From Laetmonice hystrix (Eukaryota): DNA of 64,000 nucleotides. How positions within the stretch are numbered: the first letter of the stretch is position 1; each line of letters starts with the position of its first letter. The stretch lies in assembly GCA_965235115.1 (NCBI GenBank), contig OZ249436.1:51462001-51526000 (forward strand). Direction: 5' to 3'. Below the pieces are notes generated by a model. That model worked only from the letters and a program-made list of their open reading frames with translations, searched no databases and was not told where the DNA came from. A program made the position numbers and the translations under genes. Shown piece after piece: positions 1 through 14,331 of this stretch.

Positions 1-549
1 GCCCTGTCATAACCAGGAGCAAAACTCGTATTTTAGCTCGGGAGATTCAACCAATCACCGACAACCTTGCGACCAATCAGAACAGTTCTTACAAGCGCAC
101 TCCGGCCAGATCTTAAATCAAAACAAATCGCGGTCCCACTACACTCTCATTGCTACACTCTGTGAGCATCCTCCCAAGCTCACCGCTTTCAGTGATTCCC
201 ACAATGCGCGCCTTGACAACTCAAGATCGCTAAGGCACGTTTGCAGTGTATGAAAGAAGACAGATGATTGGTTGTTGAAAGTTGTTTGACCCATATATGA
301 GATGTGGCGACACGATGTCCCAGGGTCAGTGACGACAGACAGCTAGAACCGGGTTACCGGATGGCCTCTATGAGGAGCGGAACTATATAAGTCTGTTTCA
401 CAGTATAGGCCTACTACAGACAATGCGTTGATCACGGAAAGCTTCCGCAACCTGGTGAGACGAAGATAATTTGTCAGGCGACCTAATGTAGTTCCAAAAA
501 CGGCGGAACATGGCACACCCAAACTACGGTATGATTTCTACCATTCGAA

Positions 550-1030
550 GATCGCGTCTCTTGAGGATTTCTCGACACGTGCTTGGTGGAAACATTTCAA
601 GTCGCTTCTGGGCACGTCGACAAATGGGAACAGTAGGTCTACAATGCAGGGCCTGGCCAATAATACCGATGGCAATATGGGCCACTTGGCCAATACTATA
701 AACGACTTTTTTGTGTCGGTCAGTGATGACTTACCAAGACTACAACCGACCCATCCGATCTTTAAAGTCAGTGTCCCCTGCAATCTGAATCCACCATTAG
801 TGTGCAGGACACGCGGCACTCAGTGAGATCAACGTGAACAAAGCCATGGGTCCTGACAATAATATAACTTGTGAAAATCAGCAACGATCATTCTGATCCA
901 GAAAAAGCATCCACCTGAATCGGTAGAAAAAGGCATAAGGTCAGTCGGCCCCAAGGTGTTCGAATTACTCGTGCTGAAGTGGGTCAACAACATAATCAGC
1001 CCCCCAGATCGGTGACAGGCAATTTGGGGC
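550..1030 (+). mobile_element. Degenerate non-LTR retrotransposon (CR1/L2-clade-like) ORF2 fragment
   Basis: Broken reading frames give LANTINDFFVSV, INVNKAMGPDN (828-860) and KKHPPESVEK, typical of the region just upstream of the LINE RT domain. Multiple frameshifts. Confidence 0.55.
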
Positions 1031-3779
1031 GAGGCCTGTTACAGAGTTAAGTGGGTCCTCTGCTTCGAGATTGTGGAACTTCCTTCCGCTCGTCGGATTT
1101 CCGCCAAGAACACAGTTCTGGTTATGAAAAGTCCCCCACCTTATTTTTGCATATCTATACTTCAGGATATCATATTATTAATTCTTGACGTCATACTCAA
1201 ATCGTGGGCAAACGAACTGCAACTGTGTATGATCAATACAAGTGGTTATTCCGGCTAATGTAAAGGATTGCACAAAAATTGGGCGAGGGATTTGAAATCA
1301 AGTGGGGGTCTACGTTTGGTGGATGGTGGCGGACGCTCGTGGTCACAGATGAAAAACTATAACAACCGGGTTCTTCAGCAACTTAGTCAGCAACAGCGTG
1401 CGGCGATCGGCGGAGGTTGAGTGTTATCAGCTCGTCTCCTCAAGTAACGTCTGGCATCGTGTCCCGTCCCGTTCTGACTAGCCTATTCCCTGTTCCGATA
1501 TTTATACCCAGAGCCTTCTCACCGGGAGTTCCCCGACTTATCTTGTTGACATTCTTTAGCATTTCAAACTGTCTATTCTGCACGATATGACTGGGGTTTG
1601 GCTACCCTTATGACCCTGAACAATGTTAACATACATGATTTTATAATAACAACCATCGGTTATCTGACCTATTAACCCTCAACCATGCACGGGCGGTCGT
1701 AACTATAGCAACGCACCCGGACTACCTAATGATGTTTACAACAATACGTGGAACCCTATTATCTATGGAATGTCCCAATCTCTGTAGTCATTAATCAACA
1801 GGTTCTCCCCTCCGCCATCACGTGAGTATGAATCATAATCTACTAAACTTAACCATGACATCATGGTTCTGACTACAGAGTCCTGGCATCAGAGCCCCCT
1901 GGTGGTTCCCTTCTTCTTAGCCCCCTAGCGGCAAAGGGGTGACTTTCTTACAGATTACTGGAGGTGGAAGGCGCCACTTCTCCAGGAGTTGGGGCTGTGC
2001 ATGTAACAGCGAGCATGTAAAGAGTACATTAACCTTTATACGGTCCATGAATACATACATGAAGGAGTCCTCTCCCGCCCCTCGTTGCATGCATTATTTC
2101 GTTATTTTCCGACACTTTAGAATCGGCATCATATTATATTGAGTGAGTGCTGAGATTTCACACCGTGTTGACAACTTCACCGCGGAAGGGTCAGAAAGGA
2201 GACCTATTTTCTTAAAGGTAATTCGGCACAAAATTCAGGTTAATGCAATCGATTCACAAATGTATCGAATTGAAAGGATAACCGGAATGTTTTTGTATCA
2301 CCTGGGCACCTTACTGCGTCAATATCAAAAAGTCTTGTTAAATATAAAATAATAAAACTATAGAAGCACGCGCTCCACTCGCCATACCATATCTGAAACT
2401 TCACCTGAACTCTTGAGTCAAGTATTTTAATTCCCGGCTGTTCGAGGTGGTTGGAGGCGATCTGCAGTTGTAACGGCCAGTTTATCGTTTCGAACCTCCA
2501 CGCTAACAACGTCGATATAGAATTCAACTACACTGCTCGAAAAAGCAGTCTTGCTGGAATAAGGATACAACATATCGGAAATCTGAAGAGTTTCTGTGGG
2601 ACCTAAAACAACATTGATAAGTCCGCGTATGTAGTGCGGTTCCAGTAGTGCGTGCGGCAATGTTGAACTTGCCACATTCCATTGCGTCTGACCTAGTTCA
2701 GAAAGAGTTTCTCATACTCAAGGCAAAAATGATGAAATATGAGGATTTTATCGCATGTCATTAATTATGCGTACAGTACTCTTATGTTCGCACCAATGTA
2801 GAATGTATAGGACTGAAATGGAATATATTTGAGTCAAGGTAGGCCTAAGCAGGAAATCCGCCGATAATGAGGGAGTTTGAGGGGGAGTAGACAACGCTAT
2901 AGGGTGATGGATTACCTTTAAGTTTACGGATCAACACGGGAAGCTTGACGAAGATTTGCAAGGACGGAAAAACAACAAAATTAATGTGACCAAGCCTTTA
3001 GGAATTATCGATTGGTCGGCGCTGGCCAAGGTGACCCCCAGTCTCTGCCTTACCTACCATGAAGTACAAACAGGTATGCCGCGAAATTCATCATCTGGAC
3101 CTTCCGGGGTATGGCCATTCTCATAATAGCATGCCACATATCGTGCTAACCTAAAGGCTAATAAGGGAACTAGGCCTACTAATGAGTTTAAAGTAGGTAA
3201 ATAATAATAATTAGAGGCTAACTAAATATATGCACCCGAAATAATGTAATGCCTTGCCACTTCATCGTAATAGATACAAGCTAAAACTTCTCCTACAGTG
3301 CTCTTGCTATTGTGGCGAAATAACCTAGGCCTATATTATATAGCAAAGGTATAGTCAGGCTTACCCTGAAAGATTCGTTTCAAAGGTGGACTTTGCCAGT
3401 TATTCGCCTCCAACGACTCAATTTATGAGTCGGATTCAAAGTGGTAAAAGGGCAGGTATTTAGCACCGGTCGACAACACCACAGCACATCTCTTCACAAT
3501 AACGGTGTGGCGAGTGACTGTTTGTGAAACAGTGTGGTTTGACCTGTTGCATCCGTGGGCGTGGCTTGTGGTCGTGGCTCCGTTCGGCAGGCATTTCATG
3601 GATCAATACATATTGTGGTCAGGGTCGGAGAATCTGACATCGCCAGCTGAAACAAAGCTGATACACTGCTAATTCGCCCTGTCTATAGGGTGATTAGTAG
3701 GCCCTATATGACGAGTAATGAATCAGAGAAAAGGCGTTTCGATAATTAGGTCTATCCCGTTTCCCTGTGGGGGACAGGA

Positions 3780-5240
3780 TTTTGTTCTTGTATGCGTTCC
3801 TATTCTCTTATTTTCTTCTCTCTCAAGGCCTCAAATCACGAAGGACGATGACGTGTGACGTAACGTTATGACGTTAAGATGACATAAAGATGTTTCAGGG
3901 CGTCTCTATCATGGTCTCTGGAAGTGCTAGATTGAAACTACTGACTGCAGCCAACTCGGCTGTCAGGGTGGAATAACTTCTCCCGTGCATTTGACCTTGG
4001 CTTCTCTCAGATCTAGGTCAAAGGTCAAAATGCGCTTAAATTCATACTCCTCTGCCCCTTCTCTATGGATACCTTTATTGCTCTATTGAGAATAATCGAT
4101 CTGACCTATAGGCCTATTTATCACAGTAGTCACGTGACTTTGAAATGGTGAACTCTGTTAACATCAAGGATTCCGTAACTTGAAAACGGTAGGAGATCGG
4201 CACACCTTTACCGGAGAACTTAGATAGGAAGTCATATGCCCTTTCGATTGACACCAATATTTAGGCCCTATGACGTAGCGTGACGTATGACGTCATAATG
4301 ATGTCATTGGCATCTTTTAAGGACTTACATAAGACAGGAGACGAAGATGCGGTTATGCCAGTGCCCGTAACTCTGACACCGGCTTGTTTAATACTTATCA
4401 AACAAAGCAAATACATTTTATGACAATTTATACAAACAAAATATTTAAACTCAAACAAAAAAAAAACTACAAAAAAAAACTGATGTCTTGACTCGCTCTC
4501 CGCAAGTCCCGGCCTACACTGATAGGCCGTGAGTCCAAATCGCTGCCCGCCGGTCAGGTATTTACTCGACCGTGAAGCACGTGATCTTGACCACCCACTG
4601 GGGGGTCACATTATGGCAGCATGCCCACGGGTGTCACATCAGGCCCGGGGGGCACACCAACATTAGGCAGGGTGAGGTTGCTCCTGCTGCTCATATATAC
4701 ATATATAATTATATTATATATCCTAATACATAAGACAGGAGACGAAGATGCGGTTATGCCAGTGCCCGTAACTCTGACACCGCCAAAATAACATTCCAAA
4801 CTGGCAACCGCATTAAAAACATTTTAACATCTTAGCTACCTTTAAATCTTTAGTAATATTATCCTGGAGAGAAACTGATGTCTTGACTTGCTCTCCGCAA
4901 GTCCCGGCCCACACTGACAGGCCGTGAGTCCAAATCGCTGCCCGCCGGTCAGGTATTTACTCGACCGTGAAGCACGTGATCTTGACCACTGGGTGGTCAC
5001 ATTATGGCAGCATGCACACGGGTGTCACATCAGGCCCGGGGGGCACACCAACATTAGGCAGGGTGAGGTTGCTCCTGCTGCTCATATATACATATATAAT
5101 TATATTATATATCCTATAACGTCATAATGATGTCATTGGCATCTTCTAAGGACTACCAGATAGCGCCATCATGTATAGGCCCTAGTTACCTTTGAACATG
5201 AATAAGAAGTCATACATGCTCTTTCAATTGATCCCAAGAT
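3780..5240. mobile_element. Probable Helentron/DINE-1-like non-autonomous element with an internal ~400 bp duplication
   Basis: 4478-4725 is nearly identical to 4873-5117, and 4328-4382 to 4728-4782. Contains ggaagtcata...tttcgattg and tgaccttg motifs like those in the DINE-like intron elements at 23903 and 29184. Boundaries approximate. Confidence 0.35.
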
Positions 5241-5324
5241 TTATGACGTAGCTTGACAGCCTTAAAGGCGAACTCATCAGGCAGAACGAAAGAGAATATT
5301 TGGGGCTAGGAATTACAGACTAGC

Positions 5325-7352
5325 CAGTTAAAAACGGGTCAACGGTGAACGATTAATATGGTTGACCGATAGGGTCATACAGCCTAAACATTAACTCGTA
5401 ATGTTTACGCGTAAAAGTATCACCTTTCACGCGTGACTACAGCAACCAATCAAATAAGTGGAAACGTTTACGCGTAAAGAAAACAACCAATAAAAAGCCA
5501 CACTCTATTTACGCGTGTATTTGGGGTACCTTGACGCCGCGTTTTCCGCATGGCGGCAGCACTGTGCAAGCGGTTCTGATGGAGACATTTTAGCATAGAA
5601 TTAGATAGGCTGATATCTGCTAATCTGTGGCTTGTTGCCATATCGACATTTGTTCTAAAGAGGTATGACAATTTTTAGACTTCTTTCATTCACTTTAGTC
5701 CATATGAGTTAATATCTTTTAGTAATGATAAGGCTAGGTCATCCTAGAGTATACATTAGCATTTCGTCGTCCTATCTAAGCTAGTGCTAATGTACTCCAG
5801 CAAGGACCGATGTGCAGGTGCTGCCGCCTTGCGGATTTGACTGGAAATCCCCATTGCGCATGCGTCTAATGTACCCCATTCACCATTCGGAAAACCTCGG
5901 CCCAACTTCCGGTCGCTTCGCTGTAGTTGTGCTCGGACACCCCTCGACGCATTGATATACATGGATTCCATGTATCGCCCCAGTGCGCAATGACACAAGA
6001 CTGGCACAGGTAGTGAGATGCCGGCAAAAATTGAGTCCCTTATATATATAGTGGGTAGAGCCTCTATTAATGGTGTTAGTAAACTCATAGACCAGATATC
6101 ATTATAAAGTTGTTGTTACGTTAACAACTTTGACCAAACATAGATTAATCGAATAAAATGACCCGGCAACTTCGCGACAGCTCTGCAGGGCCGCACGGGT
6201 GGCTCCCGGTGGGGACAGCTAGGGCGGCCCGACGGTCCGCGGGCTCCGAGTCGCCCTGGCTCATAATATTGAACCACTTTGAGTATATGGATTTGCCGTA
6301 TTATTTACCTTGATTTGACTGGATTCAACACAAGGGTGTTCAACATAACGCTTAACATGAGAGTCAAGTCGTCAAAATGAACCGTCACAATCGGCGTAAA
6401 ATGAAAGAAGTCAAAGTTCAAACCGTCACAGAAAAACGGGTGTTACGATTCAACGGTGGCGTGTAACGGTTTGACAGGCTACCTTGATTCGATCCTCTTA
6501 TCACACGGATCATACATGCTAAATAAGGAATAGTCCACGTTTTCATGGCTTTAATGTCATTGTCAAGAAAGGCTACAATCCGTGACAAATTCGGTTTCAT
6601 TTTTTTGCCAACTATTAACGAAGAAGGCCGTCTATTGACAGCACCACAGCCCAGACACTGGCCGTTGTTTACATGGGACGCTACGACAATAGTGCGCTGA
6701 CCCCATCTGACCCAATATGGCGACCTCCGATTTGTATCCGAGTCTCTCTACATCGTAAAGGGCTCGGTGTTCCGAATGCCCCATTCACCAGACATAACGC
6801 GTTATTTTTGTAAACCAATGAAATCCTCTCTTACAAAGTCACCACGACTGTAACGCATGCGTAAACGCCGTCAAGCTTTTCATAGGGACCAACCCCCTCG
6901 GTTAGAGTTAAGGTTAGGTTTAGGGTAGTTATATTTAATATTCGGTCCCGTATTATTATTATTAGATATAAGTTCAAATATCCACGACATCGTGTGTATA
7001 CACTGGTATACGCACAATTAATAGCGTGCGTACACGAAACAGTGCGCACGAATCTTGTGCGTATAGACGCAGCCTGTGCCGATACGCATGCGCAAGATGT
7101 ATGAAACGGAAATTCTGATGGTTGCTCAACTATGAGAGTTAACGCGTTAAGGGGTGTTTAGGCGTAAACAATGGAGCAACTTGATTGGTTGTTCTGTTTA
7201 CGCGTGAAAAATTCATCGTTTTGATTGGTTGATCCGTTTACGCGTTAAAGCTTATTCTTTACGCGTTACTATTATATTTACGCGTTAAAGCTTAGGCGGT
7301 ATGACCCCAACGGCTAACCATAATAGATCATGTAGAACCCGTAGCTCTAACC
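5325..7352. mobile_element. Non-autonomous DNA transposon with long imperfect TIRs and ACGCGT subterminal repeats
   Basis: atggttgaccgatagggtcatacagcctaa (5358-5387) is the imperfect inverse of ttaggcggtatgaccccaacggctaaccat (7292-7321). tttacgcgt clusters occur at both ends. TSD not resolved. Confidence 0.5.
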
Positions 7353-7799
7353 GAGTGGCGGATCACAGGTGTATCTAGGGCAGGGGAAGGGACCGAATAG
7401 GGTGTAGGCAATCGGGTCGGTGACAGCTGGAGCATAAACCTACCCTCTACATGCTTCCAATGCATAGTCTAATACGCTAAAACGTAAATTTTTCATATAA
7501 AATCTAAAATCAACAAGGTCACCATATTATGAGTGGCGAATTTAGGGGCCACAGCCCCCCCCCCCCCCCGATTATTTTTAAAAGCAGGGTTCCGGTCTCC
7601 CCCATACTGAGTGCCCTTGTCCATGTCAGGTATGGATCCATTCATCCACCCATACAGCCGTGCCCCTCCCCCCTCCCCCGAGAGAAAATCCTGGATCCGG
7701 CCCTGATTATACATAGCCTACATGCGCACTTGACCATCTAAGCAGTCAATAAAGAGTAGATTCTCTATGACCCGAAAAATGTGATAACCCGGTTAGTTT

Positions 7800-7864
7800 G
7801 TATGTCAGAGTCCACCAGCTGGACGACTTTGTACGGAGAGAAACTGTGCCGCACCGGCAGCAAG
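7800..7864 (+). other. Possible non-coding 5' exon of the AADAC-like gene
   Basis: Strong donor CAAG|GTAAGT at 7864/7865, and acceptor ccttacag| at 9638, 13 nt before the ATG. Exon start approximate. Confidence 0.35.
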
Positions 7865-8639
7865 GTAAGTCCTTTCCCTACTTTGAGGATAGTACATGAC
7901 AATATTCATGTAGATCGAACCTTCTGATGTTTATCTGAACCTTTCTGAGGAAGTCTTTTACTGTTAAATAACACGTGACTGTTGACTACCGAGTCGGGAT
8001 GGCATTATGCCGGCTTCAGTTGTCAGTCCTACTCAACTGGGTCACGAGGTACCTCTAGGTTAGGGCCTAGTATAATGAAGGCATACTGGTGTAAGAAAGG
8101 ACACGTATAGATGCCCCAAAATAATGAATTTTCTTTGTGGCCATGTTGTATATATGGCCTACAACAATGCAAAAGTAAGGAAATAAATGGGAATGTTAGG
8201 AGAATGCTACAATACCTTGGCCACAGACTTCGTGATATAAGCCCCAACTATTGAGTTTAAAAATTAGTATACGGCAAGAAAAATAAAGTCCTTATGGCGT
8301 CTGAAAGAAACTTGAATGTGCCTACTTCATGTCAATTGGAATAATTCTTCAAATAAAATTTACACGTTTTCCATTGGCATCATAAAAATCTCAGCGAGGT
8401 TATAAAAAATTCCGGCTGTAAATGTCTCCGATATATAGTATAGGTCATAGCCGCTGGGCCATACAAAATTATACTTTTTTAAACAAATCGAACCGTAGCG
8501 AACCTTTGCGAAGCGTGTTGCAGAACCCACACCATTCACATGGGCGTATAACTTTTCAAACTCGAAGATAAAATGCGGTTCTTTGCAGCACCCTATAGAA
8601 GCGAAGCATAGTATCCCACTCGGTAATAGAATTCTATAA

Positions 8640-9240
8640 TCTAGTTGTAATGCACATTGAATCGCTTCCAATGCGCATTGCACCTCCAGTCTGAATGGTA
8701 TGAACTCTATTATGCGTATTAATGCGCTGCGATGGTATTACGCCGCTTTCACATTGTAAACCGAAGTGAAGCAAAGCGAACGGTTGCGAACCATACTGCA
8801 GAATCCACACCATCCACACCAGCACAGAATGTGTATCAATGCGCTGCCATGGTATTATGCCGCTTTCACATTGTAAACCGAAGTGAAGCAAAGCGAACAG
8901 TTGCGAACCGTTTACTGCAGAATCCACACAATCCACACCAGCACAGAATGTGTATCAATGCGCATTCCTCTATTCGATTCTCATGCATGCAGGAGAATGT
9001 TGTTCTGTTCACGCTACAAGTAAAGCGAAGCGCACTCTTACAGTACTCTCTTCTTATAAAGCCGCCGCCGTCATAATGCGCTTCGCTTCACATTGGTACG
9101 TTCAGACTTCTAGAATTCAGTTCGAATGCCGATTGTTGCGCATTCAATGCACTTTGGTATGCGTTGTGTGTGTAGTATAAATGGTGTGAATTCTAGAATG
9201 CGCATCAATGTACATTCTCGGCTGTAGTGTGAAAGCGGCT
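8640..9240. mobile_element. PIF/Harbinger-like MITE remnant with ~118 bp tandem duplication
   Basis: Right end gtgtgaaagcggct followed by tta. Inverse motif ccgctttcaca occurs at 8742 and 8861. 8718-8834 is repeated at 8835-8952. Confidence 0.4.
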
Positions 9241-9651
9241 TTAGTTTACGCCATCGGGGATCCCTACAAGACGATGGGCTATTGGCAGATCGCTCATTGT
9301 CGAGTTTCGCTGTACTTTCAGCGCTGATATAAAGTTACACAACGAACTTTAGCCTTCCTTAACAGATTGCAAGTAATTTTTCATCACTGCTTATCATTCC
9401 ATAAATTCACACATCAAATATCATTATCTGCATACGGTTCCTCTCTGTTGTCTTTACGAACTGTTTTATATCAATAATTATCTCATCGTTACACTACTGA
9501 CTGAGGCCCCGTCCTGAAGCTATATATGGAACCATATCGCAGAAAGCTGATACTATAGTCAACTGTATAAGATAAAAGCCGACTAGAATCCTCTATATCT
9601 TGCACAGCCATTGTTCACGTGCAGATCTAACCTTACAGCTCTACACGAGAG

Positions 9652-12235
9652 ATGGGTTGCGGTCAAGTTCTGGTCAAGGTGGGCGTCGTGCTCACGGTGG
9701 TAGCAGCCTACTATCTCTATGCCCCGCTTCATCCAAACCTCGACCAACCTGTCCAGTATTGCATACTCGGTGGTATAAACAGATTCCTGGACGACATTGG
9801 ACAAGTAGGTATATAACGGACGGACCATTTGATGTCTACTGGGGCTTTTATTCCTTGCATTTTTCTTTTATATTTAAATGTAAATAAATTTTCTCGCTAT
9901 CGACCCGAACAAGATATATTTCTGAAATTGGACATGAATGATCAACTGAGCTGCGGTTCTACTCTTTCGCTAATGAAATGTAGAGGGCGTGTGTACAATA
10001 AAAAGGTATCCTGGCTATACGTCCCTGATACGAGGTTTCAGGTTTCAAGCATTGCATCGTAAATATCAAGGCCTGTAATAAGCTGTTCAACCGAATCAGT
10101 TGAGACACTACATCAGCATTGGCCCAAACCTTAGCGTCGTAATGAATTTACCACTGGACATCATTTTTGTCGTCATCATCGTTATCATCGCCATTATCAT
10201 CATCGTCGTTGTTCCAGGTATGTAACTTCCTGGGGATTAAAGAACTGCGGATTTGGAGGCGTGATGTCATACGGATCATGCAAGAAAGCGGAGCGCCGGA
10301 CCTTTCGAGAGACCCGGATGTCAAGATAACCGATACGTCATTTGACGGCGTTCCGGTGCGCGTCTACGAACCACGTGCTGGAGGGCCCGAGGAGCGTCGT
10401 GGTGCCCTGTTGTATATGCACGGTGGAGGGTTTCTGCTAGGGTCTTTGCCCGGCCATGACTTCCCCCTGTCCGAGATCGTCAGGAGGCTGGGCATCGTTG
10501 TCGTCTCCATAGATTACCGACTGGCTCCCGAACACCCGTCACCAGCCGCCATGGAGGACTGCGAGAGGGTATCAAGGTAGGAACAACAGTCACCAACAAC
10601 AGCAAAATAAAAAAGTTTTTAGTTACATATAGTCTAGTCTAATGCCTATGTTCATAAAGAATCTAAAATGACAAAACTGGAAACTGAACAAAGGCTGCAG
10701 GCGACAGTTCCTCTGTCTGAACCGACAAGCCCGACCTAAAACAGAGTGTCATCCTGTTCTGTCCACTTGCATTTATTTGCCGTCTGAATTTTAAAATATT
10801 TAAATAAAAGTTGGATCTAATGAGACATTCTTCCGCTAATTCTTCGTCCGCACTGCGATGGACACGCGGGCAACATGAAATCAAATGAGAGTGCGACCTC
10901 TGTAATTATTTGATGTAGAGATTTTCTGTGGTTCAGGTATCTGTTTTCGCACGCCGACGACTGGCGAGTGGACCCGACCAGGATTGGTGTCGGAGGGGAT
11001 AGCGCCGGAGGAAACATGGCCGCCGTCCTGTCGCTCAAGTTCCGTGACCAGGGCGATGCCCCACAATTCTCCTATCAGGTTCTCGTGTATCCATGGCTTC
11101 AGGTAAGCGTTCACAGCAATCTACAAAGTTCGCTAAAAAATATAATTAAGAGGGGTACTAAGGGATACCGTCGACTGACTTCGTCATGTCTCAGCTGTAC
11201 GACGGAGGTCGCCATGTTGGTTCGGGTGGGTGGGTGGCTAGGTCGGGATCAGTGCATGACCCGGATGTAGACAACAACAAAATCCCGTGGTGCCGCTTCA
11301 TACACCCGAGGCCTGGTTCGCCTCCGGATATGACCTAAAAACAGCCAATCAGAAGCAGCGTTAGTGTTCCGAGTGGAGGTTATAGGTCATAATGCCGCCC
11401 TCATCCAATCAGCTTCAATGATTTTTTTCCATCACGGTCACCGTTTCCGTGTAACCTGGATACAGGGTGTGCGACCAGGCCGTTTTTTCGAGCGACGAAT
11501 GGCCTCTAGCGTGAAAACAGGCCTGGCGAATGTGAACTTCGGTCTGCCCCTATCAACACTCTCCCAACTCCCTACTCCAGTTCAACCTCTGCTCAGTGAA
11601 TCTATAGGCTTTCCGTGAGTCTGAACTCTTAAATCATACTCTCAATGATTGCAAAAAAATGTTATATTTGGTTGCAGGGCATGGATTTCCAGCTACCGTC
11701 TTACTTAACCAACGAAAAATACCAGTTAACGCTCATGCGGCTGAAGTCAATGGTCTTGTTCACACTGAACTACTTGGGTGTCGACCTCTCCAACATCGAC
11801 AAAGCAGCCGCTAACATGCATGTCACAAAGGAGACAAGAGAGAAATACGCCAAGTATCTGGACGTGAGTAAGCTACCCGAGGAATACCAGTGGGTTCCCG
11901 AGGACCTCACGCCCAAGGATCACGGAGTGGACGAGGAACTGGCCCGCCTCATGGAGCCCCTCTTGACTGACCCGTATAATTTCCCGCTCATGGCGGACAG
12001 TGTTGGAGGCGTGCCCCCGGCCCTTGTCATCACGACGGCATCGGACGTGTTACGTGACGAGGGTCTACTCTACCTGTCCCGACTCAGGGAGGAGGGCGTG
12101 GAAACACAACACTCTGCTGAAGACACGTGCTGGCATGGCGTCATTGGGTTCAGTGACGGACCAATGAAGTTTGAGTGCGGGGCGAAGATGTTGTCAAATA
12201 TCATTGATTATATCAAGAATAGGCCGGCTGTCTGA
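9652..12235 (+). CDS. AADAC: Arylacetamide deacetylase / neutral cholesterol ester hydrolase-like esterase (GDXG/HSL family alpha/beta hydrolase); exons 9652-9804, 10218-10576, 10937-11102, 11678-12235
   Basis: N-terminal signal anchor MGCGQVLVKVGVVLTVVAAYYLYAPL, HGGG oxyanion motif, DYRLAPEHP, GDSAGG nucleophile, DVLRDEG and WHG catalytic Asp/His. All introns are GT-AG with compatible phases. The symbol is family-level only; orthology is not established. Confidence 0.93.
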
Positions 12236-13518
12236 CGCGGTTACGGCGATGTTTTTAGGATAGGTTGATATTTTTTGTTACACCTTTTCCGCATCGACGG
12301 GGTTCTTCACCATCAAAGATGTAGCTACTGACTTTCGGACTCCTCTGTAGATAATTAAAGGGGGGATATTTGCGTGACGCGTGAATGGCCAATTTTATTT
12401 TACGTGAACTTCTCAATTGTTTTACGTGACAGGCTTATTTGGCTTGAAATGTGATCCATCAAAATAATTTGATGTCACTTGTGAGTAACCACCTTATTTT
12501 AGGTGACTCGTGAATTAAACGTCAACGATCGTATGGTCAGATTCATCTCAATTAAATTACCGTCAATGATGTCATTTGGTGTTTGATCATGTTTCAGTTT
12601 GAGTTTGAGTTTATTGTGACAGTATTATACATAGAAAAATAATGGTTACATATTCCTGAACAATAAAGCAGTATCTATAGGTGCTTGTATAGTAACCGGG
12701 GTATGTCGCCTAGGTCAATAAATGGTCGTTCAGGGTGAGAATTAAGGTGTTCAAGTGTTTAAATATTGAACTTTATTTGACGTAAAACGTGAACGAGTGA
12801 CATTGGTTTCTGTGAAATGTGATTGGATAAATTTATTTTGCGTGAAGCGTGCTCAGACCGCCCCCCCCCCTTGCCCCCTTCACTCCCTTGATAATTATAA
12901 TGTTTTCAGAAGTCTTTTGAGACAATCCGAATCATCATGCACCAGCAAGCGTAGTTTGTACCTTCAATACTAGATGGCGACACTGATGTGAGGAGCAAAG
13001 GTGCGCAGTTGATTGACACAGCCGGAACAAATGGAACGAATAGCACGTCCGACCCCACGCAATCTTGAGGTTGTGGGCATGCTCACCAGATGGCGCCAGT
13101 TATTCTCCTTTTTCGTTTGTTGTTTTCTCTGACAAATTCGTCAAAAACTTTGCGGGAGTATGGGTATGCGTACGTTAGTTAGGGGTAGGTGATGGTATTA
13201 TTACAAACTGCAAACCAGCGGCTATGTCAAAAAGCCGCGCTCTACGATTATTTCATAGTCAACCGTATATTTGACTCAGCCGAATATTTTCGTACGATCC
13301 CGTCATATTCGGCTGATTACCGCTAATGAATTATCGCCCGATTTGGGCGCTCTAACTCTACGATTCGGGCGGAAATTTCGGTCATTATGAGATATGGCGG
13401 GGATCATGGAATGTGGACGGCATGCCTTATACAGTGTCAGAGATTTTAGGCATGTTTTCGAGGAAAGAAAAAGGAATTATGGACTGGCCATTGTTGTTAC
13501 AATGTTTGGGATTTTGAT

Positions 13519-13855
13519 GATGATGATGAAGAAGAAGAAGAAGAAGAAGAAGAAGAAGAAGAAGAAGAAGAAGAAGAAGAAGAAGAAGAAGAAGAAGAAG
13601 AAGAAGACTTAGTATGTCATTATTACGACTTGGCTATCTCGTTATTACGACTTAGTATGTCGTTATTACGACTTAGCTATCTCGTTATTACGACTAAGTA
13701 TGTCGTTATTACGACTTAGCTATCTCGTTATTACGACATAGCTATCTCGTTATTACGACTTAGAAGAAGAGGAAGAAGGAGAAGAAGGAGAAGAAGAAGA
13801 AGAAGAAGAAGAAGAAGAAGAAGAAGAAGAAGAACTTCTTCTACTTCTTCTACTG
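13519..13855. repeat. (GAA)n microsatellite interrupted by a 20-21 bp minisatellite (cttagctatctcgttattacga-like)
   Basis: GAA tracts at 13527-13606 and 13763-13834 flank about 7 units of gacttag(c)tat(g/c)tcgttattac. Confidence 0.9.
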
Positions 13856-14331
13856 ACAGCTACGTCAATAACCCCCGCCGCAATGAGGGCATCTTGTATT
13901 GACACAATTAAAAGAAATAGGAAGAAACGGTTCGAAACATTGACTTCAGAACTTATAGCCTTTAATGGTAGGAGTCATTTACGTAAATGGTTTTCTTGAT
14001 TTGGGCCACACTCTTGGTTTTTCGGGGTATAAAATTGAAATGTATCAATTTACAATGCGAAGTGTTCATTCTTTTGTAATTAACTTATCATCTTCGTAGT
14101 ACGATATCCTTTTTTTTAAACGCATGAAAAAAAAGTGCATGGTTGGAAATTAGACCTTTCATTTTCCAGGGTCGTGAACGTTATGAAAAGTTGCTTGGGA
14201 CAACGGCACGAAAAAATCATATGGAATCACTTTTTGACATACAGCAACATAATTATCATCAGCTCTTCTCGCTTCTAATTGCCTGGTTAATCCCCTATCT
14301 GCTATGGTCGGCGTGAATTCTTGCTTTCAAA

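Noticed and set aside
2143..2740. Possible decayed coding sequence on the minus strand
   Set aside because: Multiple stops and no motif I can recognise; it would need a translated homology search.
13394..13612. Poly-Lys ORF
   Set aside because: Translation of a (GAA)n microsatellite.
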